The notes beneath the pieces are model-generated. The model was not told the origin of the DNA and ran no database searches. It was given only the letters and a program-made list of their open reading frames with translations. This document shows positions 9,399-17,741 of a stretch of 64,000 nt of DNA, in pieces. How positions within the stretch are numbered: the stretch's first letter is position 1; each line of letters opens with the position of its first letter. Origin of the DNA: an uncultured Gemmatimonadota bacterium (GTDB taxonomy: Bacteria; JAAXHH01); assembly GCA_951812955.1 (NCBI GenBank), contig OX638340.1:3680001-3744000 (forward strand). Direction: 5' to 3'. A program made the translations under genes and the position numbers.

Positions 9399-10283
9399 TC
9401 AATTCCGATTGACTACCCAGAGTCCGGCCGCCAGCAGCGCCAGGCCGCCGGTGAGGTACGTGGTCACCTGGTCGCCGAGGATCAGCCAGCTCAGGAGGAC
9501 GCCGAAAAGGGGTGTCGTGAAGAAAAAAGCGCTGATCTGCGTGGCGCTGTGACGCTGCAGCAGCCGTATCCATACGAGAAAGCAGAAACCGGCCACGATG
9601 GCGCCCTGGTACAGCACCGCGGCTACGATGCCAAGGTCTATCGTGACCGGGAGGTGCCATTCGGTCGATATCCAGAGTATGGTGAATATTGGCAGCACGA
9701 CCACCTGTTGCCAGAAGATCACCGCCACGGGGGAGATGCGCCTGACCAGCACCTTGTTGATCATGATCTGGATGGCCAGGCTGACGGAGCTGAGCAGGAC
9801 AAGCACATCGCCCAGGGGTGTCGAAGGACCGCCCGCTTCATCATAAATGGTCAACACCATGCCGCCGCCGGCCAGGACCAGGCCGACAAGCTTCATCGGT
9901 GTCAGGCGATCGCCTGGAATGATGAAATGAGCGATCCCGGCGACGACGAACGGGTAGGTCTGCATAAACAGGACGGCGTGGCTTCCCGAGGTCTGTTCCG
10001 CGCCGATATTCAGGAACAGGATCTGCGCGGCCATGACGAGGGCGGGCACGGCGATGATCAGGCGGTCGCCCCGTGCCACGTAGAGCGAGACGCCGGCCAG
10101 CCGCGTCCACGTGTAGACGCACACCAGGGCTACGCCGAATCGCAAGACCGCCAGGAGGACCGGCGGGATGCCCTCCAGCCCCACTTTTACCGACACGACC
10201 AGGCCGCCCCAGAGCGTACACAGCATCAGTACGAGCAGCACGGGTCTCGTAGTCAGCGGCTGGTTTTCGTCGATATGGCTCAC
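9399..10283 (-). CDS. EamA/DMT family transporter
   Basis: 294 aa with ~10 TM segments and a duplicated EamA-type hydrophobic pattern. Confidence 0.7.
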   Translation of the reverse strand: MSHIDENQPLTTRPVLLVLMLCTLWGGLVVSVKVGLEGIPPVLLAVLRFGVALVCVYTWTRLAGVSLYVARGDRLIIAVPALVMAAQILFLNIGAEQTSGSHAVLFMQTYPFVVAGIAHFIIPGDRLTPMKLVGLVLAGGGMVLTIYDEAGGPSTPLGDVLVLLSSVSLAIQIMINKVLVRRISPVAVIFWQQVVVLPIFTILWISTEWHLPVTIDLGIVAAVLYQGAIVAGFCFLVWIRLLQRHSATQISAFFFTTPLFGVLLSWLILGDQVTTYLTGGLALLAAGLWVVNRN

Positions 10284-10368
10284 CCGGGCCGGCCTTTTGC
10301 GGGAGGTAGACAGCGAGAGGAAACGGCAGGGCGTGATTATACGGCCTCAGAATGCATGGAGGCAATGT

Positions 10369-11418
10369 TTAAGTTCGGGGCCGGGCATCCATGCGCTGGA
10401 AACGCAGGGCCACGTTGACCAGCGCGATCATGACCGGTACTTCAACGAGCGGGCCGATGACGGCCGCGAAGGCCACGCCTGATTCGATGCCGAAGACCGC
10501 CACGGCCACCGCGATGGCCAGTTCGAAGTTATTGCTTGCGGCGGTGAAAGAGAGCGTGGCGTTCTTCGAATAGTCCGCGCCGATCTTCCGTCCCATCCAG
10601 AAGGTGATCAGGAACATGAGCACGAAATAGACCAGGAGGGGCAGGGCGATGCGGATCACGTCCAGTGGGATGGCCACGATCGTGTCGCCCTTCAGGCTGA
10701 ACATGACCACGATGGTGAACAGCAACGCGGCCAGGGTAATGGGGCTGATGCGGGGTATGAAGGCCGTCTCGTACCACGGCCTCCCCTTGATCCGCAGCAG
10801 GATCAGGCGCGTCGCCATGCCGCCGAAGAACGGGATGCCCAGGTAGATCAAAACGCTTTCCGCGATCTGTACGATCGTAACCGGAACGACACTCCCCTCC
10901 AGTCCGAAATAGGGCGGCAGGACCGTAATGAAGACGTAGGCGTACACGCTGTAGAAGAACACCTGGAACAGGCTGTTCAAGGCTACGAGGCCGGCGGCGT
11001 ACTCCGTGTTTCCCTTCGCCAGTTCGTTCCACACGATGACCATGGCGATGCACCGGGCCAGGCCGATCAGGATCAGGCCGGTCATGTATTCGGGATGTCC
11101 GGGCAGGAAGAGCGCCGCGAGACCGAACATCAGTATGGGGCCCACGATCCAGTTCAGGAAAAGGGACGCGCCGAGGATCCGCACGTTTCGGAACACGTCC
11201 CCCAATTCCTCGTACTTCACCTTGGCCAGCGGTGGATACATCATCAGAATGAGCCCGATAGCGATAGGCAGGTTGGTCGTGCCCACCTGTCCCAGCTGGA
11301 TCAGGGCGGGAACCTCCGGCGTCCACACCCCGAGGCCGACGCCCAGGCCCATGGCCAGGAAGATCCACAGGGTCAGGTAACGATCGCGCAACGATAGTCG
11401 TTTCGTCGTGGATTCCAT
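10369..11418 (-). CDS. acr3: Arsenite efflux transporter, ACR3 family
   Basis: 349 aa, ~10 TM, with ACR3-family conserved blocks ([50 protein letters not shown]). Downstream of arsR-arsC. Confidence 0.85.
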   Translation of the reverse strand: MESTTKRLSLRDRYLTLWIFLAMGLGVGLGVWTPEVPALIQLGQVGTTNLPIAIGLILMMYPPLAKVKYEELGDVFRNVRILGASLFLNWIVGPILMFGLAALFLPGHPEYMTGLILIGLARCIAMVIVWNELAKGNTEYAAGLVALNSLFQVFFYSVYAYVFITVLPPYFGLEGSVVPVTIVQIAESVLIYLGIPFFGGMATRLILLRIKGRPWYETAFIPRISPITLAALLFTIVVMFSLKGDTIVAIPLDVIRIALPLLVYFVLMFLITFWMGRKIGADYSKNATLSFTAASNNFELAIAVAVAVFGIESGVAFAAVIGPLVEVPVMIALVNVALRFQRMDARPRT

Positions 11419-11480
11419 TTTTACTCTCTGGTTGATTTCCTAAGAGGACCTATGCCTGTCTTGTGCGATGAACCGTATAC

Positions 11481-11614
11481 GCGTCATGATGAACGATATA
11501 GGCGTCATGATGAACGATATAGGCGTCATGATGAACGATATAGGCGTCATGATGAACGATATAGGCGTCATGATGAACGATATAGGCGTCATGATGAACG
11601 ATATAGGCGTCATG
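11481..11614. repeat. Perfect 21-bp tandem repeat x6 (gcgtcatgatgaacgatatag) plus degenerate flanking copies, between arsC and acr3
   Basis: Copies start at 11481, 11502, 11523, 11544, 11565 and 11586. A partial copy sits at 11607 and a degenerate copy at ~11460. The last copy overlaps the arsC stop codon (11610-11612). On the minus (mRNA) strand each unit reads ATGACGCCTATATCGTTCATC, which is M-T-P-I-S-F-I. Confidence 0.95.
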
Positions 11615-12263
11615 CGATCCCGACCCGCTTGAACAGCCAACCCATCTCCCGACTGATCTCCCGGCATCGTTCGTCGTATATGTCAGTCTCCCGGTCCGTT
11701 CCGTCGGAGGACCTCGGATCTTTGTAGGGAATGAGTATACGTTTGTCGGCGCCGTATACCGCGGGACAGTTGCGGTCCGCGTCCGAACAGGTCAGGACCG
11801 CGCAGAAACGGTCCGGGGGGTTCGCGGGATCCAGGAAAGTCTTGGAGAACGCGCGCACCGGGGAAAGTTCTGCCCCGGGATGGACGAGGTAGACCGGGTT
11901 TTCTCCTGTCGAGTTTCGTTCGATCCGAAAACCCGCCCGGACCAGCGCCGATACGGCCCTCGGATCGAAAGCGGAGACTTCGGTGCCGCCCGAGAAGGCG
12001 GATATCATCGGTACGCCGAGAAAGCGCGCCATGGTCTGTGCCCAGATCTGCGCAATCTGACTCCTGCGGGAATTGTGGGTACAGATAAAGGTGAGCCGGG
12101 CCGGTTCGCCGCTTCCGATCTTCGCCGAGGCGTATGCAGCAACGGATTCCAGCTCCTTCCTTCGTTCTGTAGAGATCAGGCTGGATTCCGCCATGCGGGC
12201 CTTGAGATAGCGATGGAGGGCCGGGTACAAGGTGGTACAGGTATCGTGAGGGGGCGGTCTCAT
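11610..12263 (-). CDS. arsC: Arsenate reductase, LMW-PTPase/thioredoxin-coupled ArsC type
   Basis: P-loop CTHNSRRSQ (CX5R) and a C-terminal fold matching LMW-PTP ArsC. Its 4-bp start overlap with the arsR stop suggests translational coupling. Confidence 0.8.
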   Translation of the reverse strand: MRPPPHDTCTTLYPALHRYLKARMAESSLISTERRKELESVAAYASAKIGSGEPARLTFICTHNSRRSQIAQIWAQTMARFLGVPMISAFSGGTEVSAFDPRAVSALVRAGFRIERNSTGENPVYLVHPGAELSPVRAFSKTFLDPANPPDRFCAVLTCSDADRNCPAVYGADKRILIPYKDPRSSDGTDRETDIYDERCREISREMGWLFKRVGIA

Positions 12264-12688
12264 CGCTCCTCCCGCGAAAGCATGGACCGGTCGAAAAAAG
12301 CCGGATCTTCCCGGTCGTCTGCCTGGAGTTGGGCCAAGGAGGGCTGAGGCACGCAGATTTTGCCTTCACCGGCCAGTCCGCGCAACCGGTCCAGGTCCGC
12401 CAGGATCCGTTCGTGTACCTGCCGGGCGGAGACCAGGTAAACCGTCACGTATTTCAGGGCGATGGAAGAGTCTCTGGCCAGCGCGTAGTAGATCCAGACT
12501 CCGTCGCGGCGGCCCGTGAGCAGACCGGACTGCTTGAGCACGGCCAGGTGCCGGGAGATTTTGCCCTGGGGCATATCCAGCACGGCCATGATTTCGCACA
12601 CGCACAGTTCCCGCTCGGTCAGCAGGAACAGGATGCGGAGGCGCGTGGCGTCCGAACAGGCTTTGAATACGGCAAGATCGTTGTCCAA
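12260..12688 (-). CDS. arsR: ArsR/SmtB family metalloregulator
   Basis: MDNDLAVFKACSDATRLRILFLL...ELCVCEI is a wHTH with the ELCVC metal-binding motif. It apparently uses a TTG start and has a C-terminal extension. Confidence 0.85.
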   Translation of the reverse strand: MDNDLAVFKACSDATRLRILFLLTERELCVCEIMAVLDMPQGKISRHLAVLKQSGLLTGRRDGVWIYYALARDSSIALKYVTVYLVSARQVHERILADLDRLRGLAGEGKICVPQPSLAQLQADDREDPAFFDRSMLSREER

Positions 12689-12852
12689 ATTCCTGTCTCC
12701 GATGCTGAAAGAAAGGATTATATCTTCATAAACGAATATACGAATATAGATCTATTTGTCAAGGGAAATGAAGCGATCGGTAATCGCCGGTATCGGTGGA
12801 CACCCGGCAACGCATGTTGTATATTAAGGAAGTCATTTGCGGGATCAACTCG

Positions 12853-14349
12853 ATGTACGCTACACCCTGGAGAATCATGCCGTCCCGTCCCCATGTCCTT
12901 CTCGTCTGTACCGATCACTGGCCGGGCAGGCTGTTCGGCCACGCGGGTCATCCGGTGGTCCAGACTCCGACCCTGGATACCCTCGCGCGCAGCGGTGTCC
13001 GGTATACCCGGGCCTACAGCGAATGTCCGGTGTGCATTCCCGCGCGAAGGACGCTCATGACCGGCACGACCACGGCCACACACGGCGACCGGGTGTTCAA
13101 GGTCGATGACCCCATGCCTCGGGTCCCGACCCTGGCACAGACCTTTCGGGACAACGGCTACCAGGCCTACGCGGTTGGCAAACTGCACGTGTACCCGCAG
13201 CGGGACCGGATCGGGTTCGACGACGTGGTCCTGGCGGAGGAAGGCCGTCCGAATATCGGCGCCCTGGACGATTACGAGGCCTTTCTCGGGGAAAGCGGAT
13301 ACGCCGGGGAGGGATTCACGCACGGCATGAGCAACAACGAGTACGGCCAACGTCCCTGGCACTTGCCCGAGGCCATGCACGTGACCAACTGGAACACGCG
13401 CCAGATGGCCCGTATGATACGCCGGCGCGATCCCACCCGGCCGGGGTTCTGGTACCTGTCCTACTGCCATCCCCATCCCCCGCTGACTCCGCTACAATGC
13501 TACCTGGACCTCTACCGCGACGAGCACCCAGGTGAGCCGTACTGCGGCGACTGGGCACGGGACCCCGACAGCCTGCCATATGCGCTGAAGGCGGTCCAGG
13601 GAAGATTCGGGGGCATGAGTGATGCCCAGGTCGCCTGGGCAAGACGGGCATTCTACGCCCTGTGCACCCATATAGACCACCAGCTGCGCGTGGTGATCGG
13701 CACGTTGCGGGAGGAAGGCCTGATAGACGACACGATCGTGCTCTTCACGGCCGACCACGGCGACATGCTGGGCGTCCACGGACTGTGGGCAAAGCGGCTT
13801 TACTACGAGCAATCCGCCAACGTGCCCATGATACTCGTGGCCCCGGCCGGCGACGACCGGGTCGGACACAACCGCGCGGACGGACGGCTCGTAGGCTGGC
13901 AGGACGTAATGCCCACGCTGCTGGACCTCGCGGGGCTCGATGTCCCGGATACGGTCGATGGCCTCTCCATGGCGGGCGAAGAGAAACGGGAATACCTGTA
14001 CGGAGAGTGCGGCGAAAACGCCCAGGCCACCCGCATGATGCATGACGGCCGGTACAAGCTGATCTATTACCCGGTGGGCAACCGTACACAGATGTTCGAC
14101 CTCGAGGAAGACCCGGACGAATGCCGCGATCTGTCCGAGTCGAACGACCACGCCCCAATCCTGCGCCGGCTTACGAAGCGGCTGGTGGATGAGATGGCCG
14201 ACCTGGATCCGGCGTGGTTCCGGGACGGACAACTGACCGGCCTGCCGGACCGCGAATACACGCTGCCGCCCAACCGGGGCCTGTCCGGCCAGCGGGGACT
14301 GCACTGGCCGCCGCCACCCATGGATCCGGGGTCGTCCTACGTCCCCTGA
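12853..14349 (+). CDS. Sulfatase (arylsulfatase family, formylglycine-dependent)
   Basis: CTDHWP...ECPVCIPARRTLMTG carries the C-x-P-x-R formylglycine motif. Remaining sulfatase blocks are present (LFTADHGDMLG). No obvious signal peptide. Start is uncertain (the ORF opens at 12796). Confidence 0.8.
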   Translation: MYATPWRIMPSRPHVLLVCTDHWPGRLFGHAGHPVVQTPTLDTLARSGVRYTRAYSECPVCIPARRTLMTGTTTATHGDRVFKVDDPMPRVPTLAQTFRDNGYQAYAVGKLHVYPQRDRIGFDDVVLAEEGRPNIGALDDYEAFLGESGYAGEGFTHGMSNNEYGQRPWHLPEAMHVTNWNTRQMARMIRRRDPTRPGFWYLSYCHPHPPLTPLQCYLDLYRDEHPGEPYCGDWARDPDSLPYALKAVQGRFGGMSDAQVAWARRAFYALCTHIDHQLRVVIGTLREEGLIDDTIVLFTADHGDMLGVHGLWAKRLYYEQSANVPMILVAPAGDDRVGHNRADGRLVGWQDVMPTLLDLAGLDVPDTVDGLSMAGEEKREYLYGECGENAQATRMMHDGRYKLIYYPVGNRTQMFDLEEDPDECRDLSESNDHAPILRRLTKRLVDEMADLDPAWFRDGQLTGLPDREYTLPPNRGLSGQRGLHWPPPPMDPGSSYVP

Positions 14350-14370
14350 AAGACCGACGGAGAACAGCTC

Positions 14371-15165
14371 ATGCGCGTTTTACGAATTCTTATGGCGTCG
14401 ATCGTCCTGTTATGCGGGACCCTGCCGGTTGCGGCATGGGGGCCGAACGGTCACCGCATCGTGGGCCAGATCGCCGAGAACCACCTGACGGACGCGGCCC
14501 GCAGGGGCATCACCGAACTCGTCGGCCGCGCCTCGCTGGCTCAGATCAGTACCTGGGCCGACGAGATCAAGTCCGATCCCGCCTGGCGCCACGCCTCGCC
14601 GTGGCACTACATCAACGTGCCGCCCGGCCAGACGCTTGAAGAGGTGCGCAGAAACCCGCGCGGCGACGTGGTCGAGGCCATCGAACGGTTCGAACGGATC
14701 TTGAGGGACCGCGATGCGGGCAGGAAAGAACGGGTGGACGCGTTGAGATTCCTGGTCCACCTGGTGGGCGACATCCACCAGCCGCTCCACGCCGGATATG
14801 GCAGCGACCGCGGCGGCAACGATATCCGGGTCCGATGGTTCGGCGAGAGCACCGACCTCCACACGGTCTGGGACGAACACCTCGTAGAGTACCAGCGTCT
14901 GAGCTTCACGGAATGGGTCCGATTCTTCGGGCATGCGCAGCCCGGTGAGATCAACGCATGGCGCCGGTCCACCGTAGTGGACTGGATGCGTGAGTCGAGG
15001 AGCATGCTACCGGCCGTGTACGATTACGGCGGATCCCGTTCCGCCAAAACGCCCTACCTGGGCTACGCCTACATCTTCAAACACAACGATGGCTTAAAAA
15101 TGAGGCTGCTGCAGGCCGGCATCCGGCTGAGCGGCCTGCTGAACGACATATTCGCCTCGCCCTGA
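14371..15165 (+). CDS. Secreted S1/P1 family zinc nuclease
   Basis: Signal peptide followed by the mature WGPNGHRIVG. Also HYINVP and HLVGDIHQPLH, which are zinc-ligand motifs of S1/P1 nucleases. Confidence 0.85.
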   Translation: MRVLRILMASIVLLCGTLPVAAWGPNGHRIVGQIAENHLTDAARRGITELVGRASLAQISTWADEIKSDPAWRHASPWHYINVPPGQTLEEVRRNPRGDVVEAIERFERILRDRDAGRKERVDALRFLVHLVGDIHQPLHAGYGSDRGGNDIRVRWFGESTDLHTVWDEHLVEYQRLSFTEWVRFFGHAQPGEINAWRRSTVVDWMRESRSMLPAVYDYGGSRSAKTPYLGYAYIFKHNDGLKMRLLQAGIRLSGLLNDIFASP

Positions 15166-15175
15166 TCCCCGCTCG

Positions 15176-16000
15176 TCATCCCCCGAACAGCATAATCGCG
15201 CCCGCTGCCAACACGAGCCCCGTGATGGTTATCTGCAGGGACCGCTCGGGGATCTTCCGGGACATCCGGACGCCCAGCGGAACACCCACCAGGGATCCTG
15301 CAGCCATGGTCACGGCGATGGCGAGGTCCAGCTGGCTGCTGCCGGCGTAAATGATCGAACTCGTGAGGGTCAGCGTCAGCGCGATGAAAATGGATGAGCC
15401 TACCGTGTCCACCGCGGTCAGGTGGAAAATGATGATCATGAGCGGTACGATGAGAATGCCGCTCCCAACCGAGGTGGACGCGATCAGTCCGCCGATGACG
15501 GCGCCGAGCACCGCCACGAGGAAAACCTTCGCGCCCGTGACCCGGTGGGGGATCCGCTGGTCGGACGCCGTGCGGGATCCCGGTCGCATGAACATGTGCC
15601 AGAGGATCAACAGGCCAGAAAGAATGACTACCGCCGCGATGAACTGGCGAAGATTCGTCTGTAATTCGAGCCAGGCCGGGTCGGACTGGTCCATGGCGCC
15701 GGCGTATCCCGTGATCCAGACGGCCACGGCTATGGTCGCCGGCACTGCGCCTACCAGGAAGTAGGCGGATGTGCGGAAACGGATGGTGCCCTGCCTGAAA
15801 TGGAAAAAGACGGCCGGAAGCTTACAGAGGCAGGAATAGAGGTGGGCCGTGCCCACGGCCACCGTGGAAGGCAGGCCGAATCCAAGGGTAAGAACGGGCA
15901 GAATGAGTACTCCGCCGCCGATGCCGGTCATGCCGATGCAGGCGCCGATCAGCGCGCCGGCCACGAGTTGCGCGACTGCTGTCAGGATATCCACGTCCAT
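15176..16000 (-). CDS. TSUP (TauE/SafE) family sulfite/anion exporter
   Basis: 274 aa with 8 TM segments and duplicated 4-TM halves with G-rich helices, typical of TauE/SafE. Confidence 0.7.
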   Translation of the reverse strand: MDVDILTAVAQLVAGALIGACIGMTGIGGGVLILPVLTLGFGLPSTVAVGTAHLYSCLCKLPAVFFHFRQGTIRFRTSAYFLVGAVPATIAVAVWITGYAGAMDQSDPAWLELQTNLRQFIAAVVILSGLLILWHMFMRPGSRTASDQRIPHRVTGAKVFLVAVLGAVIGGLIASTSVGSGILIVPLMIIIFHLTAVDTVGSSIFIALTLTLTSSIIYAGSSQLDLAIAVTMAAGSLVGVPLGVRMSRKIPERSLQITITGLVLAAGAIMLFGG

Positions 16001-16073
16001 AGAATGTGAGACGGCTCCCTATACCTGGACGAAAACCGGCTCCTGACCTCGTACGCGTCCGCCCATTTTTTTC

Positions 16074-16772
16074 TTGCCACACCCGTCAAAACGATGCAAA
16101 CATGAGCTTGCGATGATACCTACCAAACCATACGCGGCTACGGACCTGGGCATCTTCCGGTTTCTTGATGGCAAATTGCTGGTATACCTGGTCGAGTTGA
16201 AGATCGAACCCTTCGTGGGCCGATATTCACTGCCGGGAACGCTGGTGCTTGAGACCGAAGACCTGGAGGCGGCTGTCCGCCGCGCCTACCGCGAGGCAAC
16301 GGGGCGGGACAGCGCCTACTTCGAGCAGGTTTATACCTTCTCCGCCATCGATCGCGATCCCAAGAGGCGCACGATTTCGACAGCCTACATGGGGTTTCCC
16401 GTCAGCCCGGACGAGTACTTTGTACCCGTGGACAAGTATCGCAAGGGCGATTGGTTCTACGTCAACGATACCCCGTCGCTGGCGTACGATCACAATGAGA
16501 TTCTAAAGGTGTGCACGAACAGGATCGCGGCCAAGCTGAATTACACCAATATCGCACTGCTGCTGCTTCCCGGTGAATTCACCATGGCGGAACTTCAGCG
16601 CGTGTATGAACAGGGGCTTGGCGAAAGGCTGGAAACCCGGAGTTTCAGCGACAAGGTCCGGTCGCTGAAGATGATAGAAGCCACTGGTGGAGAGCGCGAG
16701 GAAGACAATGCCCCTCCGGCTCCCCTCTACCGCGCCGCGCACCGGGACCTGCGGGAAATCCCCTTCATCTGA
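16074..16772 (+). CDS. Nudix-domain protein with NrtR-like C-terminal winged-helix domain (putative Nudix-related transcriptional regulator)
   Basis: The N-terminal Nudix box is degenerate (GTLVLETEDLEAAVRRAYREATG). The C-terminus (NEILKVCTNRIAAKLNYTNIALLLLPGEFTMAELQRVYEQ) matches the NrtR DNA-binding domain pattern. Confidence 0.55.
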   Translation: MPHPSKRCKHELAMIPTKPYAATDLGIFRFLDGKLLVYLVELKIEPFVGRYSLPGTLVLETEDLEAAVRRAYREATGRDSAYFEQVYTFSAIDRDPKRRTISTAYMGFPVSPDEYFVPVDKYRKGDWFYVNDTPSLAYDHNEILKVCTNRIAAKLNYTNIALLLLPGEFTMAELQRVYEQGLGERLETRSFSDKVRSLKMIEATGGEREEDNAPPAPLYRAAHRDLREIPFI

Positions 16773-16808
16773 AACGCCGATCAACGCACACCGGGACAAT
16801 GCTTCCGG

Positions 16809-17729
16809 CTACATCATGCGCTTGATGATCCGGTCGGACTGACCCGGGGTGATCCCCAGTTCCCGCCCTGCCATGGAGCCGCCCTCGTCCAGTACAGGCT
16901 CCCGGTCCCCCAGCGTGGGCGTATCCGGCTTCTGAAAGAACAGGCCGGTGTAGATTTCGTCCCCCCAGATCAAGGCTTTTTCGCAGGCCGCCTTCCAGTC
17001 GCCTGGATCATGGCCTTCGTCCTCCAGCTTCTTGACACGCTGCTTGAAGAAGGGGTAGTCGTTGTCCTTGTTGAAGGTAACGCAGGGGCTGAATACGTCG
17101 ATCAGCGCAAAGCCCCTGTGCCGGACGGCCTGTTCGATCAGACCGGTCAGGTGGCGGGCGTCGCCGCTGAAGGCCCGTGCCACGAATGTCGCGCCGTTCA
17201 TGATGGCCGCCGTGATGGGATTGATCGGCGATTCCACGCTGCCGAAGGGTGTGCTCTTGGTCTTCATTTCGATACTGCTGGTTGGCGAGACCTGGCCGGT
17301 GGTCAAACCGTAGATCTGGTTGTCCATGACGATGTAGGTCAGGTCGACATTGCGCCGGGCCGTATGCGTGAAGTGGTTTCCGCCAATCCCATAACCGTCG
17401 CCGTCTCCGCCCGTGACGAACACGGTAAGCTCGTGGTTCGCCATCTGTGCTCCCGTGGCCACGGCCAGGGCACGGCCGTGCAGCGTATGCATTCCATACG
17501 AGTTGAAGAAACCCGGGAAATTGGAGGAACAGCCGATCCCGCTGATCGTGAGAATCTCGTGGGGCCGGAGTCCGAGGTTTACGCAGGCCCGCTGCAGACT
17601 GCTCAGCACGCCGAAATCGCCGCAACCGGGACACCAGTCCGGATCCACCTTGCCCTTGAAGTCCTTCGCCTTCAACGGTGTCGCCGGTTTTTCTTCCACT
17701 GCTTCGCGTGGTACAGTTTCCACTGACAT
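16809..17729 (-). CDS. korB: 2-oxoacid:ferredoxin oxidoreductase beta subunit (TPP-binding)
   Basis: CPGCGDFGVL...GIGCSS...VTGGDGDGYGIGGNHF is the TPP-binding beta-subunit signature. Confidence 0.9.
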   Translation of the reverse strand: MSVETVPREAVEEKPATPLKAKDFKGKVDPDWCPGCGDFGVLSSLQRACVNLGLRPHEILTISGIGCSSNFPGFFNSYGMHTLHGRALAVATGAQMANHELTVFVTGGDGDGYGIGGNHFTHTARRNVDLTYIVMDNQIYGLTTGQVSPTSSIEMKTKSTPFGSVESPINPITAAIMNGATFVARAFSGDARHLTGLIEQAVRHRGFALIDVFSPCVTFNKDNDYPFFKQRVKKLEDEGHDPGDWKAACEKALIWGDEIYTGLFFQKPDTPTLGDREPVLDEGGSMAGRELGITPGQSDRIIKRMM

Positions 17730-17741
17730 GTTGGGAACTCC

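Noticed and set aside
9309-10418. 369-aa + strand ORF and 9841..10365 (-) ORF overlapping the EamA transporter
   Set aside because: Rejected as antisense or alternative-frame artefacts. They have highly biased R/G/D/H composition, whereas the EamA frame gives clean TM helices.
10529-11368. 279-aa minus-strand ORF in a second frame of acr3
   Set aside because: Rejected as an out-of-frame overlap of the ACR3 gene with Arg/Pro/Gly-rich low-complexity translation.
11452-11727. 91-aa + strand ORF encoding (RHDERYR)n across the 21-bp repeats, and 11440..11667 (-) (MTPISFI)n ORF
   Set aside because: Rejected as genes. Both are produced by the periodicity of the tandem array and neither has a flanking coding context. 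The minus-strand heptad reading is still noted as a curiosity in the findings.
11683-12369. 228-aa minus-strand ORF and 11880..12347 (+) ORF overlapping arsC/arsR
   Set aside because: Rejected as shadow ORFs. The arsC and arsR frames carry diagnostic motifs (CX5R P-loop, ELCVC).
13492-14304. 270-aa minus-strand ORF plus several 80-140-aa ORFs antisense to the sulfatase gene
   Set aside because: Rejected as antisense shadows with R/G/A/P-rich translation and no motifs.
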